Below, one piece after another: positions 25,080 through 32,000 of a stretch of DNA of 32,000 bases (its first letter is position 1; the number at the start of each line of letters is the position of its first letter). The DNA lies in contig NZ_LNTB01000002.1 of NCBI RefSeq assembly GCF_001462395.1, forward strand, positions 78,836 to 110,835. Direction: 5' to 3'. The notes beneath the pieces were generated by a model. The model saw nothing but the letters and a program-made list of their open reading frames with translations. It ran no database searches and was not told the origin of the DNA. The stretch comes from Pyrodictium occultum. Lineage in GTDB: Archaea > Thermoproteota > Thermoprotei_A > Sulfolobales > Pyrodictiaceae. A program made the translations under genes and the position numbers.

Positions 25080-26441
25080 GTGCCGCGCCGCCTATTCCTC
25101 CTGGGGCTCGACTCGATGCCCCCGAGGGTCCTCTACGAGGGGATGGACGGGGGCGGGTTCAGCTACCTCCGCCAGCTGCTGGGGGATGCGAGGCGCTACC
25201 GGCTGAGGAGCTGCCACCCGCCGATAACGGTGCCGGCCTGGATGGCCATGTTCACGGGGAGGACGCCGGGCGAGCTGGGGGTCTACGGGTTCAGGCACCG
25301 GAGGCCGGGCGAGTACGGCTACTACATAGTCGACGGCACGAGGATACGACACCCGGCCCTATGGGACCTGGCGGGCCGCAGGGGGCTCCGGGCGGGCGTG
25401 TACGGCGTGCCCCCCACCTACCCGCCCCGCCCGGTCCACGGGTTCCTGGTCACCGACTTCACCACCCCGGGGCCGGAGAAGCCCTACACCTTCCCGCCCT
25501 GGCTCCGCCGCGAGCTGGAGCAGGCCGCCGGGGGGCCTCCAGTGTTCGACATAGTGTACCGGAGCGGCGAGAAGGACAGGGTGGCCAGGGACCTCTACGC
25601 GATGCTGGAGAGCCACCAGCGGCAGGTGGAGTACCTGGCGCTGAGGAAGCGCTGGGACCTATTCATATATGTGGAGATAGCCGTCGACAGGGCGCACCAC
25701 GCCTTCTGGAGGTACTTCGACCCCGAGCACCCCCGGCACGAGGAGCACCCGGTGTACAGCAGGGTGATCCCCGAGCTCTACAGGAGGATAGACAGGTGGT
25801 TCGAGAGGCTCCACCGGAGGCTCCCGCGGGACACGGTGGTGGTTGTGGCGAGCGACCACGGCATCAAGGCTATGAGGGGCGCGTTCGCGGTCAACCAGTG
25901 GCTGGCCGAGCAGGGCTACCTCCGGCTGCGCGCCAGCCCCGGGGAGCTGAAGCCCGGCACGGAGCTCTCCGAGGACCTGGTGGACTGGGAGCACACGGTC
26001 GCCTGGGCCTGGGGAGGCTACTACAGCCGCGTGTTCATCAACCTACGGGGCAGGGAGAAGAGGGGCGCGGTGGAGCCCAAGTACTACGAGGAGACGGTCG
26101 AGCAGCTCCGGAGGGACCTCGAGAGGATAAGGGGGCCGGGCGGCGAGCACTGGAGGAACACTGCCCTGCGCCCCGAGGAGGTCTACCCGGAGGTCAACGG
26201 GGACCCGCCGGACCTCATGCTCTACCTGGACGACCTCAACTGGAGGCCGGCGGGCACCCTGGGCTGGCCCAGCCCCTACCTGGAGGAGAACGACCGCGGC
26301 CCCGACGACGCCGTCCACGACTGGATCGGGGTGTTCGCTGTCTACGACCCCGAGGGCACTGTGAGCCCCGGCGAGGCGGGGGTGATTGATATACACGGGG
26401 TGCGCGGCCTGCTGGAAGAGATAATATTCTCCAGGCGGTGA
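25080..26441 (+). CDS. Type I phosphodiesterase/nucleotide pyrophosphatase-like, alkaline phosphatase superfamily
   Basis: VPRRLFLLGLDSMPPRVLYE...SCHPPITVPAWMAMFTGRTPGELGVYGFRHR...VVVVASDHGIKAMRGAFAVNQWLAEQGYL. GTG at 25080 preceded by gggagggg; the 24804 extension is out of frame over sat. Confidence 0.88.
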   Translation: MPRRLFLLGLDSMPPRVLYEGMDGGGFSYLRQLLGDARRYRLRSCHPPITVPAWMAMFTGRTPGELGVYGFRHRRPGEYGYYIVDGTRIRHPALWDLAGRRGLRAGVYGVPPTYPPRPVHGFLVTDFTTPGPEKPYTFPPWLRRELEQAAGGPPVFDIVYRSGEKDRVARDLYAMLESHQRQVEYLALRKRWDLFIYVEIAVDRAHHAFWRYFDPEHPRHEEHPVYSRVIPELYRRIDRWFERLHRRLPRDTVVVVASDHGIKAMRGAFAVNQWLAEQGYLRLRASPGELKPGTELSEDLVDWEHTVAWAWGGYYSRVFINLRGREKRGAVEPKYYEETVEQLRRDLERIRGPGGEHWRNTALRPEEVYPEVNGDPPDLMLYLDDLNWRPAGTLGWPSPYLEENDRGPDDAVHDWIGVFAVYDPEGTVSPGEAGVIDIHGVRGLLEEIIFSRR

Positions 26442-26463
26442 GGCCCCCGGAGGGGTGGAGAGC

Positions 26464-26672
26464 ATGGGGGACAAGGTCTCCATAGAGATAAGCAGGGAGC
26501 TGTACGAGAAGGCCCGGAGGTTCATAGAGGAGCAGGGGGCTTCAGCAGCGTGGAGGAGCTGGTGGAGTTCCTGCTCCGCGAGGCCCTCGAGACCGGCGGG
26601 GAGGAGGAGGGGATGAGCAGGGAGGACGAGGAGCGGGTCAGGGAGAGGCTCCGCTCCCTGGGCTACCTCTAG
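26464..26672 (+). pseudogene. Small RHH/CopG-like protein, frameshifted paralogue of 23633..23878
   Basis: MGDKVSIEISRELYEKARRFIEEQG then, one frame back, GFSSVEELVEFLLREALETGGEEEGMSREDEERVRERLRSLGYL*. The join is at a G5 tract, 26535-26539. Confidence 0.7.
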
Positions 26673-27216
26673 CCCCCTCTCCCAGGGCCTCCAGTATCCT
26701 CGCGGCCAGCCTCTCCGCGTTCTCCTCCACAGTATTCCTCACCGTGTCGAGCACCAGGTCGGGGTTCTCGGGGGGCTCGTAGGGGTCGCTCACGCCGGTG
26801 AAGTGGCTTATCTCCCCGCGGAGGGCGCGGCGGTAGAGCCCCTTAGGGTCCCTCCTGATGCACTCCTCGAGGGGAGCGTGGACGTAGACCTCGAGGAAGG
26901 GGGCCTCCTCCTCGACTATCCTGCGGACCTCCCTCCTCACGTCGCGGTAGGGGGAGACGAAGCTGCAGACCACTATCACCCCATTCCGGGCCAGGAGCCG
27001 GGCTATCCAGGCGACGCGGAGGAGGTGGCGCCGCCTCTCCTCCCGCGTGTAGCCCGCGTCCGGGTTGATGGTCTTCCTCACCCAGTCCCCGTCCAGGACC
27101 TCGACACGGTAGCCCAGGGAGCGTAGCCTCTTAGCGGTAGCCAGGGCTATCGTGGTCTTGCCGCTCGCGGGGAGCCCGGTGAGCCACGCGACAACCCCGC
27201 GCTCCAGGCAGCGCAT
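26638..27216 (-). CDS. cysC: Adenylylsulfate (APS) kinase
   Basis: RGVVAWLTGLPASGKTTIALATAKRLRSLGYRVEVLDGDWVRKTINPDAGYTREERRRHLLRVAWIARLLARNGVIVVCSFVSPYRDVR...DPKGLYRRALRGEISHFTGVSDPYEPPENPDLVLDT. Likely start MRCLERG at about 27216. Confidence 0.93.
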   Translation of the reverse strand: MRCLERGVVAWLTGLPASGKTTIALATAKRLRSLGYRVEVLDGDWVRKTINPDAGYTREERRRHLLRVAWIARLLARNGVIVVCSFVSPYRDVRREVRRIVEEEAPFLEVYVHAPLEECIRRDPKGLYRRALRGEISHFTGVSDPYEPPENPDLVLDTVRNTVEENAERLAARILEALGEGARGSPGSGASP

Positions 27217-27504
27217 CCCCAGCCACCCTCCCAGCCCCGCGGGCCCCACGAGCTGGATAAGCCTCGCGCCCACAGCAAGGAGCCAGGCCACAATAAGCCG
27301 GAGAGGTGATGGGGGGCAGCAGGGAGAGCTGGCATCCAGCCTCCGGCTCCGCCCCTCGGCGCAGGCCTTGGCGCCGCTCGCCCACCGGGCGCTCGGGTGG
27401 GGGCTTCTCCGCTCTTGCTGGCCGAGATGGGCTCCAAGCCATTATAGATGGCGTGGGTGATGTATAGCCCTGCATCCCCGGGGGGCTGTGGGTGTGGCCT
27501 GGGC

Positions 27505-28464
27505 TTGGCCGTGCTAGTCACGGGCGGCGCTGGGTTCGTCGGGAGGCATGTAGTGGGGCTGCTGCTCGAGAGGGGCTACGAGGCTGTTGTGGTGGACAAC
27601 CTCTACTCCCCGGGCTCGGCTGGGGCCGCCATGCGCCTCCGCTGGCTGGGTGCGCGGGTTGTCTGGGGTGACGTCTCCCGCTGGGAGACCCTGCTCCACG
27701 CCGTGGGGGAGGCTGGGCTGGGGCGGGGCGACGTCGAGGCCGTGGTCCACCTGGCCGCGGTGGTGGGCGTCGAGGAGGCATGGGGGAGGCCGCGGCTGGC
27801 GCTGGAGGTGAACGTAGAGGGTACGCTGAACGTGCTGGAGCTGGCCCGGCTCCTCGACGCGGAGAGGATTGTCTACGCCAGCAGCGCGGCGGTCTACGGG
27901 GAGCCCAGGTACCTCCCCATCGACGAGAACCATCCCCTGGAGCCGGTCAGCCTCTACGGCTGGTCGAAGCTCGCCGGGGAGACCCTGCTCTGGCAGTACC
28001 AGCGGGCCTACGGGCTCAGGCCGGCCGCGCTCCGCCTGTTCAACGTCTACGGGCCCGGGATGAGGCCGGGCCCCTACGCGGGCGTGGTGTACAGGTTCAT
28101 AGAGGCGCTTCTCCGCGGGGAGCCGCCGGTGGTCTACGGCGACGGCGAGCAGACCCGGGACCTCGTCTACGTGGGGGACGTGGCTGAGGCCATGCTCCGG
28201 GCGGTAGAGGCGGGCTACACGGGCCCAGCCAACATAGGCACCGGGAGGGAGACCAGCATAAACCAGCTCTACAGGATGCTCTGCAGCCTCCTGGGCGGGG
28301 GCTGCCCGGAGCCGCTCCACAAGCCCCCGAGGCCGGGGGATGTTAGGAGGAGCGTAGCCTCAATCAGGCTGGCGGAGGAGAAGCTCGGCTGGAAGCCCAG
28401 GACAGGCCTGGAGCAAGGCCTAAGGGAGACGATCAAGTACTATAGGGGGCGCGTAGAGCCGTAG
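27505..28464 (+). CDS. NAD-dependent NDP-sugar epimerase (UDP-glucose 4-epimerase-like)
   Basis: LAVLVTGGAGFVGRHVVGLLLERGYEAVVVDNLYSPGS...VYASSAAVYGEPRYLPIDENHPLEPVSLYGWSKLAGE...LRLFNVYGPGMRPGPYAGVVYRF. ORF opens at 27448; start uncertain. Confidence 0.9.
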   Translation: MAVLVTGGAGFVGRHVVGLLLERGYEAVVVDNLYSPGSAGAAMRLRWLGARVVWGDVSRWETLLHAVGEAGLGRGDVEAVVHLAAVVGVEEAWGRPRLALEVNVEGTLNVLELARLLDAERIVYASSAAVYGEPRYLPIDENHPLEPVSLYGWSKLAGETLLWQYQRAYGLRPAALRLFNVYGPGMRPGPYAGVVYRFIEALLRGEPPVVYGDGEQTRDLVYVGDVAEAMLRAVEAGYTGPANIGTGRETSINQLYRMLCSLLGGGCPEPLHKPPRPGDVRRSVASIRLAEEKLGWKPRTGLEQGLRETIKYYRGRVEP

Positions 28465-28609
28465 ACAGGGCAGACGCCGGGTCGAACGAGAGTAGCCCAG
28501 CGCCGCCGGCCACCTCGAAGGACACGTGAACGTGGAGCACCCTGGCCGCCACGGTGCCTGCACCCCTGCCCGCGGGGGCCAGCCCTCACGGCTCCCCGCA
28601 GGGCCCCTC

Positions 28610-30098
28610 CTATGGCTTCAGGAGCTGTAGCCTCCGTAGCCTCCTGAATAGGCTTGTGTAGTTGGCCTTTCCGGCCGCGTTGAGCCCTGTGGCGAAGGCG
28701 TCTGCCAGAGGCCTGCCATCCGTGTCGTGGGGTAGTGGGAGCCCGAGGTACGCTAGTATGGTGGGTGTGATGTCGTAGATGGAGGCTCTCCTCTCCTCGC
28801 CGGCGGGCGGGGCGGATACCTCATCCCCCGCCAGGGCTACTAGCGCGTGCTGCTCGTGGACGCCCATATACCCCTTGTGGAGCGGCTCTGCATGTATGTT
28901 CGCGTCGAAGAACACGTCGGGCCCCGGTATGAGGAGTAGGCTGGGCGCCCTCTCCACGTAGGGCCCCCAGAAGACCTCGTCCCGCGAGGCTATGCCCCGT
29001 ATCTGGCTGATGCCCTGCAGTGCCTGGCGCACGGCGCCGCAGTAGCCCCTCCTCACGTACACCCCCAGGTTGCCCGTCTCGAGCATGAAGGCCCTGCTTG
29101 TGGAGTAGTTCACCTCCACCTGTAGAGGGATCAGTGGCCTTATCCTCTTCAGGAGGCTTCTCGGTATAAGCCTCCTCGCCAGCCGGAGGAGGGGGCGTAT
29201 TCTGGAGCCCCGGGCGCTGCTGGGGGAGCTGCCGCTGCCCGGCTCCGTGGCGCTGTGCTCTGCCCCCCCGGGCCACGTGGTACCGGTAGTCTATCAGGCC
29301 CCTGTCTGCGAGGATGCTGTTTACACCCACGAGCACGCGTGCGACGCGGAAGCCGTGATCGCTCGCGAGTATAAGCAGGCTGCACTCGCCGCTAGCTTTA
29401 CGGACAAACCTGTCTATCATCGATGCGATCCTGTAGACTCTATGCATTTGCCTGCCCTCGACTATGTCCGGGATCCTGTGCATGAGCCAGTCGAGCTCGC
29501 TGAACACTATGACGAAGAGGCTGTAGTCCTCCTTCTCGAGCAGGTCATAGTAGATGTTTAGCCTCTTCTCGAGAAACTCCTCAACCATCTTCACATAGGA
29601 GTCTGTGTCGGCGGCCCTGCTCCACTGGTGGGGAGGCTCGACCAGGTACTCGGAGTACCTGGCCTCATAGCCTCTAGGGTGGATGAACTGCCGGGGGGAG
29701 GACCAGTCGCTGACGAGTACAAGGTTCCGGGCCGCGAGGAGCTGGGATACGGGGTAGGTTAGGGGCACGTTTATGACGACGCTCCTAAGCCCCTTCATGG
29801 CGGCTATCTCGAACACGCGCGGGTACATGACGTCGCGGGACGATGCCACGCGGATACTGAAGCCCTCTTCGCCCTGCTCGACCACGTAGAAGCCGAATAT
29901 GCCGTGCTTCCCGGGGTTCACCCCGGTGAATATGCTCGTCCAGGCGGGGGGCGTGTAGGGAGGGATCGAGGGAGCGGGGGAGGCGAAGCCCTTGCCGGCT
30001 ATGCTGGATAGCGCGTTGAGCGGGATACTCTCCAGCATGGTCTTAAGGTTGCCTGGCCCGACGCCGTCGAGGCCTATTAGGCATACACGTTTAGCCAA
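28610..30098 (-). pseudogene. Type I phosphodiesterase/nucleotide pyrophosphatase-like (AP superfamily), apparent frameshift in a poly-C/G tract
   Basis: N-terminal part (ORF 28821..30098): MAKRVCLIGLDGVGPGNLKTMLESIPLNALSSIAGKGFASPAPSIPPYTPPAWTSIFTGVNPGKHGIFGFYVVE...LLILASDHGFRVARVLVGVNSILADRGLIDYRYHVARG. C-terminal part (ORF 28610..29119 extended upstream): AEHSATEPGSG...RIRPLLRLARRLIPRSLLKRIRPLIPLQVEVNYSTSRAFMLETGNLGVYVRR. Confidence 0.8.
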
Positions 30099-30250
30099 CT
30101 ACACCACCTTACTGCTGGTACCGCAGCCCTCTCCGGCATTGGCTTCCAGAGGGGCGGCGGGATCGCCCAGTCCTTAAATCTGCTTCATCAAGCCCCGCCG
30201 CCGGGGGATAGCGGCTGAGGGCTCCATAGCCCCGGGGGGATGCGGCTGGG

Positions 30251-31249
30251 ATGAAGCGGCTGGTGTTCGTCGCCTGGGCGCGGCTTAGCCGGAGGACGCG
30301 CGACCTCGCCCGGGCCCTTGGGGCCGGGCTGCTGTTCCTCCGGGATAGGCCCCCCTACATCCGCGCCTGGAGGGAGACCGCCAGGGCGCTGGAGGAGGCC
30401 AGGCCGGACGCCGTGGTCGTGCAGCTGCCGCAGGGGCCGCTGCTCCTCCGCGTGGCCACGCTGGCCGGGCGCCTCGGCTTCCGGGTCGTGGCCGACGTGC
30501 ACACCGGGTTCCTCGTCTACAGCTCGCCGGCGGGGCTCCTGCTCAACCGGCCCTTCCGCGGGCTCCTCCGCCGCGCCGACCTGGTGCTGGCCCACAACGA
30601 GCCCGAGGCGAGGCTGCTGGGGAGGGCCGGGCTGCCGGGGGAGAGGGTGCTGGTGGTCTACGACCCCCTGCCCCGGCCCCCGGCTAGGCTGGAGAGGCCA
30701 GCCCTAGACCTCGGCGACGGGGGGTACATCCTCGTCCCGGCCTCCTGGGCGCCCGACGAGCCCCTGGAGCTCGTGGCCAGGGGCTTCCTCGCATCAGGGG
30801 CCCCCGGGGGCTACAGGCTCGTGGTGACCGGGGATCCGGGGAGGAGGCCGGGGCTCCACCGGAGGCTGAGGAGGCTGGCCCGGGAGAGCCGGGGCTCCAT
30901 AGTGCTCACCGGCTTCCTCCCCGAGCCCCAGTACGCCTGGCTCCTCAGCCACGCCGCCGCCGTGGTGGCGGCTACGACGAGGGAGTACACGATGCTCTCG
31001 GCGGCCTGGGAGGCGGTGGCCTACCGGAAGCCCCTCCTAGCATCCGCGACGGGGACGCTGAGGGAGGTGCTGGGGCCGGGCTACCCCTGCCTCTTCCCCC
31101 CGACCGTGGAGGGGGTGGCGGAGGCCATCGACAGGTGCCTCTCCGGGGGCCCCGGGGTCGCGGAGGCAGTCGAGGAGACCCTGGAGAGGCTGAGAAGGAT
31201 GTCGACGGGGAGCCTGGAGAGGCTGGCCAGGATCCTCGAGAGGCTCTAG
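30251..31249 (+). CDS. GT-B type glycosyltransferase
   Basis: RPDAVVVQLPQGPLLLRVATLAGRLGFRVVADVHTGFLV...RRADLVLAHNEPEARLLGRAGLPGERVLVVYDPLPRP...YILVPASWAPDEPLELVARGF...AATTREYTMLSAAWEAVAYRKPLLASATGTLREVLG. Confidence 0.82.
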   Translation: MKRLVFVAWARLSRRTRDLARALGAGLLFLRDRPPYIRAWRETARALEEARPDAVVVQLPQGPLLLRVATLAGRLGFRVVADVHTGFLVYSSPAGLLLNRPFRGLLRRADLVLAHNEPEARLLGRAGLPGERVLVVYDPLPRPPARLERPALDLGDGGYILVPASWAPDEPLELVARGFLASGAPGGYRLVVTGDPGRRPGLHRRLRRLARESRGSIVLTGFLPEPQYAWLLSHAAAVVAATTREYTMLSAAWEAVAYRKPLLASATGTLREVLGPGYPCLFPPTVEGVAEAIDRCLSGGPGVAEAVEETLERLRRMSTGSLERLARILERL

Positions 31250-32000
31250 GCGTGGCGCTGCCGGCCGCCCTCCTCTAGCAGCCTTGCGGCTAGCTCCAGG
31301 TAGCTCCTCGCCACCGTTCTACGGTTGAGCCTGCTGCGCCAGAAGGAGGCTATCTCGCCTGGGTCGTACTCCCCGGCCTCCCAGCGCTGGACATCTGTCA
31401 GCAGGGCGGCGAGGAGGGCCTTCTCGCTGAAGTCGGGGGCTAGGGTCCCGGAGAAGCCTCCCCCGGTTAGGTACATGAGGCTCTCGATGGGGGTCCCCAC
31501 TATGCTGCAGCCCATCGACACCGCCTCCGCGGCGGCTATGCCGAAGCTCTCCCAGTTGGAGGGCATGAAGAGTATCCTGGCCTCGCCCAGGTGCCTGACC
31601 AGCTCGCCGTGTGGGACCCGGCCGAGAACACTGATGGAGGGGGCGGGGTCCCCTCTGCAGGCCTCCGCCATGTACCTCCTGACCGTCTCCTCCCCGGGCC
31701 CTATCACCGCGGCCTCGTAGTCCGGCATGGCCCTGGCGAAGCTGCAGAGCACCCGGGCCAGGGTGCCGGTGTTCTTCGCCACGTCATGCCATCTGCCGAC
31801 AGCCACTATCTTCCTCTTCTTCCTCGCCGGTATAGGGGCCCTCGCTATATCATCTGCCACGGGGTTGGGTATGAAGTGGATCTTCCCGGTTAGGTCCGGC
31901 CTGCCCCAGTACACTAGGATGTACGCCAGGTTGGCCTTGGCCTGCGGGGACTCGAGGACCAGGGCGTCGGCGGCCTCCAGGTGCGGTATTATTCTTCTGG
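31246..32000 (-). CDS. GT4 glycosyltransferase, partial (N-terminus beyond window)
   Basis: RRIIPHLEAADALVLESPQAKANLAYILVYWGRPDLTGKIHFIPNPVADD...IVAVGRWHDVAKNTGTLARVL...ILFMPSNWESFGIAAAEAVSMGCSIVGTPI; the frame stays open to base 32000. Confidence 0.85.
   Translation of the reverse strand, partial: RRIIPHLEAADALVLESPQAKANLAYILVYWGRPDLTGKIHFIPNPVADDIARAPIPARKKRKIVAVGRWHDVAKNTGTLARVLCSFARAMPDYEAAVIGPGEETVRRYMAEACRGDPAPSISVLGRVPHGELVRHLGEARILFMPSNWESFGIAAAEAVSMGCSIVGTPIESLMYLTGGGFSGTLAPDFSEKALLAALLTDVQRWEAGEYDPGEIASFWRSRLNRRTVARSYLELAARLLEEGGRQRHA

Noticed and set aside
25361-26389. 342-aa + strand ORF inside the phosphodiesterase
   Set aside because: Shifted-frame artefact over a gene with SDHG and other family motifs.
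27514-28320. 268-aa minus-strand ORF opposite the epimerase
   Set aside because: Antisense of a clear SDR; no recognisable motif.
31325-31720. 131-aa + strand ORF opposite the last GT4
   Set aside because: Antisense of a clear GT4 with EAVSMG motif.

Overview
The window looks like a chromosomal segment from a hyperthermophilic crenarchaeon (Thermoproteota): GC-rich, rich in AGG/ATA codons, with many TTG/GTG starts and no rRNA, tRNA or CRISPR that I can see. It is a surface-glycan / lipid-linked-oligosaccharide locus with three parts. (1) A GC-rich left flank (about 1-5700) holds small membrane proteins, a dolichyl-phosphate-sugar synthase-like GT2, a Wzx/MATE-like flippase and a membrane GT2. 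(2) A sharply bounded AT-rich island (about 5.7-18.9 kb, all genes on +) holds GT4s, an NDP-sugar epimerase, methyltransferases, a polytopic GT-C-like protein, a thymidylate-kinase-like P-loop protein, a beta-propeller-like protein and several broken GT genes. (3) A GC-rich right flank holds a sulfotransferase, rmlA / atypical SDR / rmlD / rmlC, ATP sulfurylase (sat), APS kinase (cysC), two alkaline-phosphatase-superfamily phosphodiesterases, two small paralogous RHH-like proteins, another epimerase and more GTs. The most interesting biological reading is a locus coupling PAPS synthesis (sat + cysC) to a sulfotransferase and a rhamnose-type nucleotide-sugar pathway, which suggests a sulfated surface glycan. 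The most striking sequence-level observation is a series of about eight apparent gene lesions: in-frame TAGs, a 5-bp tandem duplication, an internal deletion, and single-base slips in G/C tracts. Several can be restored exactly on paper. They are either assembly/sequencing errors, decay, or phase-variable/recoded genes. I did not find a clearly new defence system or mobile element.
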